This document shows positions 1 to 10,503 of a DNA stretch of 64,000 nucleotides, one piece after another. Position numbers and translations under genes: made by a program. This DNA comes from an uncultured Clostridia bacterium (GTDB lineage: Bacteria; Bacillota; Clostridia; TANB77; CAG-508), in NCBI GenBank assembly GCA_944393465.1, contig CALYAG010000001.1, positions 1,709 to 65,708 on the forward strand, in the 5' to 3' direction. The first letter of the stretch is position 1; every line of letters begins with the position of its first letter. The notes beneath the pieces are model-generated. The model did not search any database, was not told the origin of the DNA, and was given only the letters and a program-made list of their open reading frames with translations.

Positions 1-44
1 AATTTTTAAATGTATAAAGAACGATAATTTAGAAAGGCTTTAAT

Positions 45-347
45 ATGGGAGATTATAACTTACTATTTCAAGCTATTTTTACGACAAAAAATATTATTAT
101 ATATTTAATAGTAATAAATTTATTAACATTTTTAATAATGTGGTGGGATAAGCATGAAGCTAAGCTTGGTGATTGGAGAGTTAGTGAAAAATTTTTATTT
201 TTGCTTGTGCTACTTGGTGGAGGTGTTGGAGGTATAGTTGGCATGTATACCTTTAGACATAAAACTCAAAAGTGGTACTTTAAATATGGATTTCCAATTA
301 TACTTATAATAGAAATTATTATAGGTTTGTACTTTATAATAAAATAG
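45..347 (+). CDS. DUF1294-like small membrane protein
   Basis: 100-aa ORF with hydrophobic helices. The pattern WWDK.EAK...WRVSE..L....L.GG..GG..GM..FRHKT.K is as I recall it for DUF1294. Confidence 0.55.
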   Translation: MGDYNLLFQAIFTTKNIIIYLIVINLLTFLIMWWDKHEAKLGDWRVSEKFLFLLVLLGGGVGGIVGMYTFRHKTQKWYFKYGFPIILIIEIIIGLYFIIK

Positions 348-404
348 AATTATAGATAATATTCCCCAAGAAATAATTTCTTGGGGGGTTGTAATCTCAA
401 CTTC

Positions 405-602
405 TTATCCATTTTTTTCCAAAAGCTTTTTATCGCTTTCATCCAAATTTTCAAGAGAATATTTTAATAGGGCAATTACAGTTTTGTTAAAAGATAAGTT
501 TTTGTTGTCTGCTAATTTTTGTACATCTTCAATTACATTGTCAGGAAGACGTAAAGTTTTACTAATACCGCTGTGATTTTCTGGTATTTTTAATTTGTTC
601 AT
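405..602 (-). CDS. small ribbon-helix-helix-like DNA-binding protein (hypothetical)
   Basis: 65-aa ORF. The segment ISKTLRLPDNVIEDVQKLA...LSFNKTVIALLKYSL resembles a beta-strand plus two helices of a CopG/Arc-type fold. There is a GGAGG-like RBS upstream on the minus strand. Confidence 0.35.
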   Translation of the reverse strand: MNKLKIPENHSGISKTLRLPDNVIEDVQKLADNKNLSFNKTVIALLKYSLENLDESDKKLLEKNG

Positions 603-820
603 GTTTTATATCCTCCTCTCTTATGATGCTATTTTACACGGAAAAATTATCCATGTATGCACCTAATTAAGAGTGCAATACAAAACAGGGGTATCTATAT
701 TATATCATTATTTTTATATAATAAAGTAATTGTATAAAAATAAATTATAGTTTAGTATATAAAAAATCAATGTAAAGGTTTGTAATAAAAAGTTAAAATA
801 CTAAAAAATGAAGAAAACCC

Positions 821-849
821 TTGACTTTTACCAAAAAAAGCTATATAAT
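821..849 (+). promoter_or_regulatory. sigma-A type promoter of the rimP-nusA-infB operon
   Basis: TTGACT (821-826), 17-nt spacer, TATAAT (844-849). Confidence 0.6.
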
Positions 850-872
850 TAATTTATCATAAGACGAGAGCA

Positions 873-899
873 GAAAGAGTGGAGCAAATCCACTCTTTC
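873..899 (+). promoter_or_regulatory. perfect 11-bp stem-loop in the rimP/nusA leader (possible attenuator)
   Basis: gaaagagtgga-gcaaa-tccactctttc, about 25 nt downstream of the promoter -10. No U-tract follows. Confidence 0.3.
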
Positions 900-1010
900 A
901 TTACGTAATTGGCATATAGACTTAAGCAAAAATTTGTCTAAATATTAAGAATTAAGTCAAAAATAAATAACATATATGCTAGCTATTTGCCAAGTTGGGG
1001 AGGTTGAAGC

Positions 1011-1463
1011 ATGACAAGTCTAGAAAAAAAGGTAGAAGACTTAGTTAAACCTATCATAGAAAATTTAGGTTACAGAGTTTATGATGTAATTTATCAAAAG
1101 GAAGGCAAAGACAATTATTTAAGAATCTTCATTGATAGCGACAAGGGCATAGACTTAAATGATTGTGAAAAAGTAAATGATAGTATAACAGACATACTAG
1201 ACGAAAAAGACTATATAAAAGCACAATATTATTTAGAAATATCTTCACCTGGAATTGAACGCAATCTTAGGCGTGATGAACAATTTTTAGATAATATAAA
1301 CAAAAAAGTAGAAGTACATCTATACAACAGCATTAACAATACCAAAACCGTTACAGGTATACTTAAGGAATACAATGAAGACAATATAGTCATAGATGAT
1401 ATTAAAATAGAAAAATCAAATATTGCAAGTGCAAAAACTTTATATAATTGGGAGGAATGTTAA
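1011..1463 (+). CDS. rimP: ribosome maturation factor RimP
   Basis: 150 aa, sits immediately upstream of nusA. Contains the LEISSPGIER.L motif typical of RimP. Confidence 0.85.
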   Translation: MTSLEKKVEDLVKPIIENLGYRVYDVIYQKEGKDNYLRIFIDSDKGIDLNDCEKVNDSITDILDEKDYIKAQYYLEISSPGIERNLRRDEQFLDNINKKVEVHLYNSINNTKTVTGILKEYNEDNIVIDDIKIEKSNIASAKTLYNWEEC

Positions 1464-1466
1464 AAA

Positions 1467-2630
1467 ATGAAGAAGAAAGTTACAAAAGTAATAAACAAAG
1501 GAATTGACACAACAGAGCTTATACAAGCAATGGATGAGTTAGAAAAAGAAAATGGTATTAAAAAAGATTTTCTAATGGAGTCAATAGAATCGGCTTTAGT
1601 TATAGCTTACAAAAAGAATTTTGATTGCAATGATGAAAATGTAAAAGTAGAGCTAGACAAAAATGATGGTCAAATGCATGTTTATCAACAAAAAGACGTT
1701 GTAGAAGAAGTAACAGATGACAAAAAAGAAATAAGTTTGGCAGATGCTCAAAAAATTAATCCAAATTATAATGTGGGAGATGTTATTAATTTTGAACTTA
1801 TGCCAAAAGATTTTGGTAGAATAGCTGCTCAAACAGCAAGACAAGTTATAACTCAAAAACTTAGAGAAGCTTCAAGAGACATTATCTTCAATGAATTTGC
1901 AGATAAAGAAGGCGAAATTATAACAGGCTTAGTTCAAAAAGCAGATGGTGGAGCAGTTATAATGGACTTAGGCAAAATAGAAGGAATAATGCCTAAAAAA
2001 GAGCAAATACCTACAGAAAAATATCATGTTAATGACAAAATTAGAGCCTGCATAATAAAAGTAGACAAAGGTGTAAAAGGCTCTACACAAATAATTCTAT
2101 CAAGAGCAAGCACAGAGTTTGTAAGAAAGTTGTTTGAAATAGAAATTCCAGAAATATATGAAGGTGTAATTGAAATTAAGAGTATTTCTAGAGATGCAGG
2201 TTCTCGTAGTAAAGTTGCTGTTTATTCGCCAAATCCTAACATTGACCCAGTTGGTTCTTGTGTTGGACAAAAAGGTATTCGTATACAAAATATCATAAAT
2301 GAATTAAATGGCGAAAAAATAGATGTTATTGAATGGAACGAAGATCCATCAATTTATATTTCTGCTGCTTTACTTCCCGCAAAAGTTTTAGCAGTTGATA
2401 TAAAAGAAGATGAAAAATTTGCACAAGTTATAGTTCCAGATGACCAACTATCTTTAGCTATAGGCAAAGGTGGACAAAATGCAAAACTTGCTGCAAAACT
2501 TACAAATTGGAAAATAGACATAAAGAGTGAATCTCAATTTAGAAAGATTCTTGAAGATAAAATGGCAGAAGAAAACGAAGAAAACACAGATAATGCAAAT
2601 GAAACTGCTACAAATGAAAATAAAGATTAA
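1467..2630 (+). CDS. nusA: transcription termination/antitermination factor NusA
   Basis: 387 aa. S1 and two KH domains are recognisable (GSCVGQKG.RIQNI, LAIGKGGQNAKLAAKLT.WKIDI). Confidence 0.95.
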   Translation: MKKKVTKVINKGIDTTELIQAMDELEKENGIKKDFLMESIESALVIAYKKNFDCNDENVKVELDKNDGQMHVYQQKDVVEEVTDDKKEISLADAQKINPNYNVGDVINFELMPKDFGRIAAQTARQVITQKLREASRDIIFNEFADKEGEIITGLVQKADGGAVIMDLGKIEGIMPKKEQIPTEKYHVNDKIRACIIKVDKGVKGSTQIILSRASTEFVRKLFEIEIPEIYEGVIEIKSISRDAGSRSKVAVYSPNPNIDPVGSCVGQKGIRIQNIINELNGEKIDVIEWNEDPSIYISAALLPAKVLAVDIKEDEKFAQVIVPDDQLSLAIGKGGQNAKLAAKLTNWKIDIKSESQFRKILEDKMAEENEENTDNANETATNENKD

Positions 2631-2776
2631 AAATATGCAAATGCCTTAAATTGAGGCTTGAAGGTATATTTTTGTAAAAAAGTCATAAAATGTTAATTAA
2701 GAGAATATAAGAGGTGTAATGTTGAAAAAAAATATCATAAATAAATATAACAAAAATATTGCAGGGGGTGATTTGA

Positions 2777-5695
2777 TTGGGTAAAATAAAAATATATGAA
2801 TTAGCAAAAGAATTAAATTTAGGAAACAAAGAATTAATTGAAATAGCAAATAAGTTAGGACTAGGAGTCACAAGTCACTTAAATGCAATTGAAGAAAAAG
2901 ATGCCAACAAAATAAGAGAAAATGTTAAAGGCGAAGATAAAAAATCAGAGGTTAAAACTACAGGGCAGGTCATTATAAGACGTGAAGTTATAGTAAGCGA
3001 CGAAGATGAAGAAAAAGAAAAGAAAAAGCAAGAAGAAGCAAAGAAAAAATCGGCAGGTTTAGGCTTTACTCAAAAAAGAAATAAAGACTACAATATAGTT
3101 TATAGAGAAAAGCCAACAAAGCCTATGACTGTTAGTGAGCTTTTTGGTATTAAGCCTAAAAAAGAGGAAAAAAAGCCTGAGCCAAAAGCTCAAGAAAAAC
3201 CTGCTGACAAAATAGAAAAGGTAGAAAGCAAAACTGAAACTGTAGCTCCAACAACTGTAGCTCAAAAAGTGACAGAAACTAAAGCAAATGAACAAATAGA
3301 GCAAGTATCTAAACCTAAAGAAAATATTGCTCCAAAAACTACTTCTAATCTAGACCAAAAACCTTTTAACAAAAATTACAAAAACGACAGTAATGGTCGC
3401 GCTAAAGAAAATAGAAGCAATAATTACAATAATGCTCGTGGAGAAGGTTACAGAAATAATCGTGGAAATTATAATCATAATGGTTCACATAATAATTTTA
3501 ATAACCGTCAAAACAATGGAGACCATGGCTTTAACAAGAATAATAGAAATGGAAACAATAACTTTAGAAACAACAATGGTGGCAATAATTTCAAAAGACC
3601 AATGAATAGCAAAAATATTGAAAGAAATATTAAAGACATAATGGAGGCTGAAATTGCAGAAAAGAGTAATCAAAGAGATTACAGCACAAGAATAATAGAT
3701 AAACAAAAAGCCAACAGATACAATAATCAGGATGACAAAAAGAGAAGAAATAGAAGAGGCGGAGAAGAAGATAATTTCAATGAGGATAAATTAAGAAACC
3801 TAAAACAAGTTGACAAATTATCAAATATGTTTGAAGACCAAGAAGGTGGAATGCTTGATTATTATGATTTAACAACTGTAAGAGGAAAAAGAAATAAAAG
3901 AAAACCTAAAAAAGATGAAGAAAGAAATAAGCAAAAAATCTTTGATTTAAAAGAGATTACAATACCTGCAAATATTACTGTAAAAGATTTAGCTTCAGAC
4001 CTTAAGAAAACAAGTTCAGAGGTCATTAAAAAGTTGTTTGACTTAGGCATTATGGCAACAATAAATCAAACAATTGACTTTGATACAGCTTATTTAGTAG
4101 CAGACGCTTTTGGAGTAACAGCAAATAAAAAAGAAGAAGTTAAAGATGAAGATATTTTATTTGATGATTCTGAAGACAAAGAAGAAGATTTAAAACCACG
4201 TCCACCAGTAGTTGTTGTTATGGGTCACGTTGACCATGGTAAAACATCACTATTAGATGCAATTAGAAAAACTCATGTTATTGAAGGTGAAGCAGGTGGA
4301 ATTACTCAACACATTGGTGCATACATGGTAAACATAAATGGTAGAGAAATTACATTTTTAGATACACCAGGACATGAAGCTTTTACAAGTATGCGTGCTA
4401 GAGGTGCTCAAATTACTGATATTGCAATACTTGTTGTAGCAGCAGATGATGGTGTTATGCCTCAAACAATTGAAGCTATAAATCACGCAAAAGCTGCAAA
4501 TATACCAATTATAGTAGCAATAAACAAAATAGATTTACCAGGAGCAAATCCAGACAGAGTAAAACAAGAACTTATGAAATATGACTTAGTTCCAGAAGAA
4601 TGGGGCGGAGATACAATATATGTTCCAATTTCAGCTCTAAAACATATTAATATAGATAATTTATTAGAAATGGTATTATTAGAAGCAGATATGCTTAACT
4701 TAAGAGCAAACCCTAACAAGCAAGCCAAAGGTGCAGTTATAGAGGCAAGGCTTGACAGAGCACAAGGACCAGTTGCATCTGTATTAGTACAAAGGGGCAC
4801 ACTAAATGTTGGAGATAGAATAATAGTTGGAAATGCAATTGGTAAAATAAGAACAATGAAAAATGATAAAGGCAAAAAGGTAAAAGCAGCAGGACCTTCT
4901 ACACCAGTTGAAATAACTGGCTTAACAGAAGTTCCAGAAGCAGGAGATATTTTCTATGAGGTAAAAGATGAAAAAACTGCTAAACACTTAATAGAACAAA
5001 GAAAACTTGCTTCAAGAGAAAAATCAATTGCAAATAATGATGTTGTAACACTAGATAACTTATTTGAAAAAATGGAAAGTGAAGACTTAAAGCAACTTAA
5101 CATAATAGTTAAAACCGATGTTCAAGGTACAGCAGAAGCAATGAAAACTTCACTTGAAAAACTTTCAAACGATGAAGTAAAAGTCAAGGTAATTCACTCA
5201 ATTGCAGGTGGTGTTACAGAATCTGATGTACAACTTGCAAAAGCTGCAAATGCAATTATTATAGCATTTAATGTTAGACCAGTTGGAGCTGCTAAGCAAT
5301 TAGCAGAAAAAGAAGGCGTAGAAATAAAACAATATTCTGTAATTTATCAAGCATTGGACGATGTTAGAGACGCCATGAAGGGAATGCTTGCACCTGTTTA
5401 TATAGAAAAGAACATTGGTAATGCTGAAGTAAGACAAACATTTAGAATCTCAAATGTAGGAACAATTGCAGGATGCTTTGTATTAGATGGCAAACTTGAA
5501 AGAAATGCAGGCGTAAGAGTAATAAGAGAAGGCGTTGTTATACATGACGGTAAACTTGTATCTTTAAAAAGATTTAAAGATGATGTTAAAGAAGTTTCAA
5601 AAGGCTTTGAATGTGGTATTCAAATTCAAGATTACAATGACATAAAAGAAGGAGATACCATCGAAGCTTATGTACAAGAAGAAGTAAAAAGATAA
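2777..5695 (+). CDS. infB: translation initiation factor IF-2
   Basis: 972 aa with a TTG start after a GGGGGTGA RBS. GTPase motifs [22 protein letters not shown] and NKID are present. There is a long K/E-rich then N-rich low-complexity N-terminal linker. Confidence 0.95.
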   Translation: MGKIKIYELAKELNLGNKELIEIANKLGLGVTSHLNAIEEKDANKIRENVKGEDKKSEVKTTGQVIIRREVIVSDEDEEKEKKKQEEAKKKSAGLGFTQKRNKDYNIVYREKPTKPMTVSELFGIKPKKEEKKPEPKAQEKPADKIEKVESKTETVAPTTVAQKVTETKANEQIEQVSKPKENIAPKTTSNLDQKPFNKNYKNDSNGRAKENRSNNYNNARGEGYRNNRGNYNHNGSHNNFNNRQNNGDHGFNKNNRNGNNNFRNNNGGNNFKRPMNSKNIERNIKDIMEAEIAEKSNQRDYSTRIIDKQKANRYNNQDDKKRRNRRGGEEDNFNEDKLRNLKQVDKLSNMFEDQEGGMLDYYDLTTVRGKRNKRKPKKDEERNKQKIFDLKEITIPANITVKDLASDLKKTSSEVIKKLFDLGIMATINQTIDFDTAYLVADAFGVTANKKEEVKDEDILFDDSEDKEEDLKPRPPVVVVMGHVDHGKTSLLDAIRKTHVIEGEAGGITQHIGAYMVNINGREITFLDTPGHEAFTSMRARGAQITDIAILVVAADDGVMPQTIEAINHAKAANIPIIVAINKIDLPGANPDRVKQELMKYDLVPEEWGGDTIYVPISALKHINIDNLLEMVLLEADMLNLRANPNKQAKGAVIEARLDRAQGPVASVLVQRGTLNVGDRIIVGNAIGKIRTMKNDKGKKVKAAGPSTPVEITGLTEVPEAGDIFYEVKDEKTAKHLIEQRKLASREKSIANNDVVTLDNLFEKMESEDLKQLNIIVKTDVQGTAEAMKTSLEKLSNDEVKVKVIHSIAGGVTESDVQLAKAANAIIIAFNVRPVGAAKQLAEKEGVEIKQYSVIYQALDDVRDAMKGMLAPVYIEKNIGNAEVRQTFRISNVGTIAGCFVLDGKLERNAGVRVIREGVVIHDGKLVSLKRFKDDVKEVSKGFECGIQIQDYNDIKEGDTIEAYVQEEVKR

Positions 5696-5770
5696 AAAGT
5701 TTTCAAGATATTTTAAAATTCAAGTCTGAGTTTTAAATATCTTGAAACAAAATAAAAAAGAGGTAAAACA

Positions 5771-6127
5771 ATGGCAAAAAATACAAATAGACTTGGTAGA
5801 GTTAATGAAGAGCTAAAAAAAGAAATAAGCCAAGTTATAAATTATGAATTGAAAAATCCAGATGTAACTGGTATGATTAGTGTAACTAAGGTCAAAGTCA
5901 CTCCTGACCTTAAGTATGCTAAAGTTTATGTTAGTGTTCTTAACCCAAAAAACTTAAGTAAAACTTTAAGCGGACTAAAAGAAAGTGCAGGCTTTATTAG
6001 AAGTAGAGTTGCTCAAACAGTAAACTTAAGAATTACACCAGAATTAGTATTTGAATATGATGATTCAATTGAATATGGGGAGAGAATTGACGCAATACTT
6101 AAAGAACTTAAAAAGGATGAGAAATAG
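5771..6127 (+). CDS. rbfA: ribosome-binding factor A
   Basis: 118 aa in the conserved position after infB. Motifs R..R..EE..KEIS and P.L.F.YD are present. Confidence 0.9.
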   Translation: MAKNTNRLGRVNEELKKEISQVINYELKNPDVTGMISVTKVKVTPDLKYAKVYVSVLNPKNLSKTLSGLKESAGFIRSRVAQTVNLRITPELVFEYDDSIEYGERIDAILKELKKDEK

Positions 6128-6174
6128 GAACACACTATAAAATATATTTAAAATATTTTTATCAATTATTAAAA

Positions 6175-6305
6175 GCTCCAATATATGTTCTCTAACATTT
6201 CAAGTGAGCGCAGGCAACGTAGGAGCTTAAGCGTAACGCGCGAGCTGGAGCGAGACTTGTTCGAGCGACCCGCGTGACGAAATAAGAGAGAATGTATATT
6301 GGAGC
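6175..6305. repeat. GC-core palindromic intergenic element (long variant, opposite orientation)
   Basis: AT-rich inverted arms (gctccaatatatgttctct / agagagaatgtatattggagc) surround a GC-rich core. The core contains gagctggagcgag...cgagcgacccgcg, the reverse complement of the core seen at 29497-29583 and 54902-54988. It lies inside the operon, between rbfA and nrnA. Confidence 0.7.
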
Positions 6306-6332
6306 AGATATTAATTTTGAAAAGGAGATAAA

Positions 6333-7286
6333 ATGTCAACTTTAGATGAAATATTAAAGGAAATAAAAAAAGCAAATGACATCATAATCTTAACACACAA
6401 TAATCCAGATGGTGATGCAATAGGCTCAAGTTTAGCTACATATATTGCATTAAAAGAAGCAGGAAAAAACGTAGAGGTAGTAATACCTAAAATGCCTAGA
6501 ATATACAATTTTTTACCATGCGCAGATGAGGTAAAAAAAGAGGCAAGTAAGCAAAGCTATGACTTAGCAATATCTTTAGATTGTGCAACAATAAAATTAT
6601 TAAATGGCTGGTCAAAATATTTTGAAGATTCTACAAAAAGAATTGTTATAGACCATCATAGCACAAATGATATGTATGGAGATTTAAACTATGTTGAATT
6701 AGGTTCACCAGCATGCGCACAAGTGCTATATGTGTTATTCAATTATTACAAAATTAAAATAACACCAGAAATAGGAACATGCATTATGACTGGCATAATA
6801 ACAGATACAGGAGGATTCCAATATTCAGCAGTATCAAAGGAAACTTTTGAAATAGCAGCAGAATTACTAAGTTCAGGCGTAAATATTTCAAAAATATACA
6901 AAAAAGTATTTGCAACACATACAAGAGGAAATTTTGAACTTAGAAAAATAGCACTTCAAAGAATGGAATTCTTAGAAGACGGCAAAGTAGCGTTTACATA
7001 CATAACTAAAGCAGATGAAGAAAAAGTCCATGCAGAAGAAGGCGACATAGAGGGCATAGTAAATGAAGGAAGAAACATAGAAGGAGTTGAAGTTTCAATA
7101 TTTTTACATGAAATAGATGAAGGAATGAGAGTTTCAACTAGGTCAAACGACTATGTAAATGTTTCAGATGTATGCCTAATGTTTGGTGGCGGAGGCCATG
7201 TACATGCTGCAGGCGCAACAATGCAAGGTACACCAGAGCAAATAAAGGAAAAGTTACTTAAAGAAATAAAACTTCAATTAAAATAG
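6333..7286 (+). CDS. nrnA: DHH/DHHA1 phosphoesterase (NrnA-type oligoribonuclease/pAp phosphatase)
   Basis: 317 aa with motifs H.NPDGDAIGS, IDHH, DTGGF and GGGH. Confidence 0.8.
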   Translation: MSTLDEILKEIKKANDIIILTHNNPDGDAIGSSLATYIALKEAGKNVEVVIPKMPRIYNFLPCADEVKKEASKQSYDLAISLDCATIKLLNGWSKYFEDSTKRIVIDHHSTNDMYGDLNYVELGSPACAQVLYVLFNYYKIKITPEIGTCIMTGIITDTGGFQYSAVSKETFEIAAELLSSGVNISKIYKKVFATHTRGNFELRKIALQRMEFLEDGKVAFTYITKADEEKVHAEEGDIEGIVNEGRNIEGVEVSIFLHEIDEGMRVSTRSNDYVNVSDVCLMFGGGGHVHAAGATMQGTPEQIKEKLLKEIKLQLK

Positions 7287-7339
7287 AGTGAAAATAAGTT
7301 TTGCCTAATCGCAAAACTTATTTTAAAAAGGATGGAAAA

Positions 7340-8152
7340 ATGAATGGCGTAATAGTAGTAGATAAAGAAAAAGGAAAAACATCATTTGATGAAATAAGAA
7401 AGATAAGAAAAGAATATAACATAAAAAAAGTAGGACATACTGGAACATTGGATCCAATGGCAACAGGGGTACTTCCAATACTTGTGGGAGAGGCAACTAA
7501 GTTATCAGATTATTTAATGGAACATGACAAGGAATATCTTGCTACTCTAACTTTGGGTGAAAAAAGAGATACTGGAGATAGTGAAGGCATAGTTGTTGAA
7601 ACAAAAGAGATTCCTAATGTTAATGAAATAGAACTAAAAAATGTATTAAAATCTTTTAAAGGAGAAATTAGCCAAATACCACCAATATATTCGGCAATTA
7701 AAGTAAATGGAAAAAAGCTTTATGAGTATGCAAGAGAAGGCAAGCAAGTTGAAATTAAGCCAAGAATTGTTACTATATATGACATTAAGCTAATAGAAAT
7801 AAAAGAAAATAACATAACTTTTAAAGTTCATTGCTCAAAAGGTACATATATTAGAACTTTATGTGAAGACATTGCAAAAAAGCTAGGAACAGTAGGTTAC
7901 ATGAGTAGCTTAAGAAGAACTAGAGTGGGTAATTTTACATTAGAAGATGTGGGAAGAATTATTCCAATTGAAGAAGTGATAAAAGATAATCAAGAATATA
8001 AACTAAATGACAATGAATTAAATAAACTTTTAAATGGTGTAAAAATAATAACTGACTTAAAAGATGGACTTGTTAGAATATATAATAACGAGAAGTTCAT
8101 AGGCATAGGTGAAGTAAAAAATAAAGTCTTAAAGAGAAAAATTATAATATAA
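7340..8152 (+). CDS. truB: tRNA pseudouridine(55) synthase TruB
   Basis: Contains the GHTGTLDPMATGVLP catalytic motif. I chose the ATG at 7340 (RBS aaggatgg) over the TTG at 7301 given by the ORF track. Confidence 0.9.
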   Translation: MNGVIVVDKEKGKTSFDEIRKIRKEYNIKKVGHTGTLDPMATGVLPILVGEATKLSDYLMEHDKEYLATLTLGEKRDTGDSEGIVVETKEIPNVNEIELKNVLKSFKGEISQIPPIYSAIKVNGKKLYEYAREGKQVEIKPRIVTIYDIKLIEIKENNITFKVHCSKGTYIRTLCEDIAKKLGTVGYMSSLRRTRVGNFTLEDVGRIIPIEEVIKDNQEYKLNDNELNKLLNGVKIITDLKDGLVRIYNNEKFIGIGEVKNKVLKRKIII

Positions 8153-8221
8153 TTCAATTACTATTGAGACAAAAACTATTTTAACAATTAATTGATTAAG
8201 TAAAAAGACCATAAATTTTAA

Positions 8222-8450
8222 GATAAAAAAACACACCCCACATTAGCCGTAAGATGAGAGAAATTTTAAGAGCCTGTTTTCACAGGTGGGTGTCTTGTTG
8301 AATGCTCCTGGGTTTCTTACTTAAAAAGCAAGCATACACGCCACATCCAAAGGCGGACTCCCTTTAATCTAATTTGTTGGTTCTAAAATTCCAGTCTACA
8401 CGCACCACGCAGGGATTTTTACTACTTTTTACAATGCTTCTGTCCTCAAA
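8222..8450 (-). ncRNA. candidate structured ncRNA of unassigned class
   Basis: A GC-rich patch in an AT-rich intergenic gap with no ORF. The minus-strand reading is G+U rich, so G-U pairs are possible only on that strand. It contains hairpins (cctgtgaaaacagg; cttgc-tttttaa-gtaag) and ends in the stem acaccca...tggggtgt followed by a T7 run. It is convergent with truB. Confidence 0.4.
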
Positions 8451-8632
8451 AGAACAAAAAAGCTACTTATAGAATATCATATAAATCAAAAAAATGCAAT
8501 AGAAATTTTGTTGAAATTATTTTTTCTTTATGATATAAGTAAAGTAGCTTTGAAAAATGCCGTGAAGCTTTACACAAAATGCAAAAAAGGGTTTAATTTT
8601 AAAAAGAGGCAAATGATTGGAGGAATGAACAT

Positions 8633-9478
8633 ATGAAAAAAAGATCTTTAATTGTAGATGAAAAAACTATAAAAAGGAATAAATTTATTACAAAACTAAT
8701 TATAACAATTGCATTACTTGTATTATGTATTGTTACAATTGTGGAAATTTTAAAAGTATATAAAATTAATGATGACTTTTCAAATTATATTGATGAGTTA
8801 TCAAGGCTAAATTCTAAAACAGTTTTTAGTATAGATAGAATTTATTTGTATAGTAGTGCAGATGCAACAAGTAATGAAACTACTAAACCAGTGTGGGATT
8901 TAAACATATTTCAATTTACAGACATAGCCTTGTTTATAAATAATAGAGCAGATGAAGGCGTAACTTATGAAAATACAATAAAAGAATTAAAAATAGATAA
9001 TATAAAATTTAACAATTTACAAAGTGGAACTCCAAGTTTATATTACAAGAATGTAAACGATTTTGCTAAAATGACTAATATAGATGAAAATAAAATAAAT
9101 GATTCTTTAGAATTTAATGTTATTAATTCTGGAGATGCAGATTATAGTAAACCTGTTATTTACAGTAACTGTCAAAACCCTATAACACTTGAATATGTTA
9201 ATTCCAATATGGAAGAAAATACCGTAATTTCAGATATTTCAACACCACTAACATATGATGGTAGTCTTCTAAAAAAGGGAGGAATTTTGCTTAGCCAAAT
9301 GGAATGCACACTTTCTTTTACTATAACAATAATAAATAATTATAATCAAAAATTTGTTGCAACTATTTATATAGACATTCCTTTAGAAGACAGTATGAGT
9401 GGAGAAAACATTTATGATGGTAAATTGATTAAAAATATTGAAAATACAAATTTAGTTAAATTTATCAGAGTTGAATAA
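8633..9478 (+). CDS. hypothetical membrane-anchored protein
   Basis: 281-aa ORF with a GGAGG RBS and one N-terminal TM helix (LIITIALLVLCIVTIVEIL). I recognise no family. Confidence 0.5.
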   Translation: MKKRSLIVDEKTIKRNKFITKLIITIALLVLCIVTIVEILKVYKINDDFSNYIDELSRLNSKTVFSIDRIYLYSSADATSNETTKPVWDLNIFQFTDIALFINNRADEGVTYENTIKELKIDNIKFNNLQSGTPSLYYKNVNDFAKMTNIDENKINDSLEFNVINSGDADYSKPVIYSNCQNPITLEYVNSNMEENTVISDISTPLTYDGSLLKKGGILLSQMECTLSFTITIINNYNQKFVATIYIDIPLEDSMSGENIYDGKLIKNIENTNLVKFIRVE

Positions 9479-9549
9479 AAAGGAAAATTACATTAGATTT
9501 ATAAAATAATCTACATTAATAATTAATGTTATATTTGAAAGGAACAAAA

Positions 9550-10434
9550 ATGACAATAAAACAGGCATTGAACTTTGCAAAACAAAGCCTTGACAGTATA
9601 GAGGCAAAAACATTGATAAAACATACACTAAAAAAAGATAATATGTATATTACAATTAATGAAGATAAAGAGATTACAAAAAATGAAGAGCTTGAATTTA
9701 TAAGTTCGTTAAAAAAAATAAAAGAAGGTTATCCCTTACAATATATAACACATCATCAAGAATTTATGGGATTGGACTTTGAAGTGAACGAAGATGTACT
9801 AATACCTCAGCCAGATACAGAAGTGCTTGTAGAAAATACAATTAAATTAGTATTAGAAAATTTTTCTAAAAATAGTTCTGATGATTTTCAAAGGCAAAAT
9901 GTAATAACAAATGGGATAAGAGGCGAATTGAAAAAGAATAAAAGTACAACCAATTTAAAAATTTTGGATTTGTGCACAGGAAGCGGTGCTATAGCAATTG
10001 CCTTAAAAAAATATTTGCCAAATATTTTAGTATTTGCTTCAGATATAAGTGAAAAAGCCTTAAAAATAGCGCAAAAAAATGCCAAGAACAATAATGTTGA
10101 GGTAAGCTTTATAAAATCAAATATGTTTGAAAATATAAATAATAAGTTTGATTTAATAGTTTCAAATCCGCCATATATTAAGTCGAGTGAAATTTCAAAG
10201 TTACCAAAGCAAGTGCAAAACGAACCTAAGATAGCTTTAGATGGTGGTAAAGACGGACTAGATTTTTACAAAATAATATATAATGAGGCGCCAAAATTTT
10301 TGAATGAAAAAGGTATAATACTTTTAGAAATTGGTTATGACCAAGGCTTAGCTGTAACAAATATATTTAAAAATTCAAAGATTATTAAAGACTATGCTGG
10401 TAATGACAGGGTAATTGTATGGTTTGCAAAATAA
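9550..10434 (+). CDS. prmC: peptide chain release factor N5-glutamine methyltransferase
   Basis: Contains the SAM motif DLCTGSGAIA and the NPPY motif (VSNPPYI). The ATG at 9550 has a better RBS than 9526. Confidence 0.85.
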   Translation: MTIKQALNFAKQSLDSIEAKTLIKHTLKKDNMYITINEDKEITKNEELEFISSLKKIKEGYPLQYITHHQEFMGLDFEVNEDVLIPQPDTEVLVENTIKLVLENFSKNSSDDFQRQNVITNGIRGELKKNKSTTNLKILDLCTGSGAIAIALKKYLPNILVFASDISEKALKIAQKNAKNNNVEVSFIKSNMFENINNKFDLIVSNPPYIKSSEISKLPKQVQNEPKIALDGGKDGLDFYKIIYNEAPKFLNEKGIILLEIGYDQGLAVTNIFKNSKIIKDYAGNDRVIVWFAK

Positions 10435-10503
10435 CAATTATAAAGCCTTTAGTTAAACTTAAAATAGATAAAAGCTACTAAAAACGCTTAGGAGGAATAA
10501 AAG

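Noticed and set aside
3393-3706. ORFs on both strands inside the IF-2 N-rich linker, and the possibility that the linker is an inserted repeat element
   Set aside because: The infB frame is continuous through the region. AAT/AAC-rich low complexity is typical of IF-2 linkers in AT-rich genomes.
4483-4875. Long antisense ORFs inside infB, glgP (21553-22032), the SufB/D-family gene (42180-42590), the P-type ATPase gene (53708-54382) and others in the track
   Set aside because: These are shadow ORFs opposite strongly supported conserved genes. They have low-complexity, hydrophobic translations, no RBS and no recognisable domains.
6169-6375. 68-aa minus-strand ORF between rbfA and nrnA (and the similar 63-aa ORF at 29456-29647)
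   Set aside because: Both lie on the GC-core palindromic repeat elements and overlap neighbouring genes or their RBS. The open frames are explained by the GC-rich repeat core, not by coding potential.
8222-8450. FMN (RFN) riboswitch or ribF leader downstream of truB
   Set aside because: The conserved RFN blocks are not present. There is no ribF or riboflavin gene downstream. The better-folding strand points away from the next gene.
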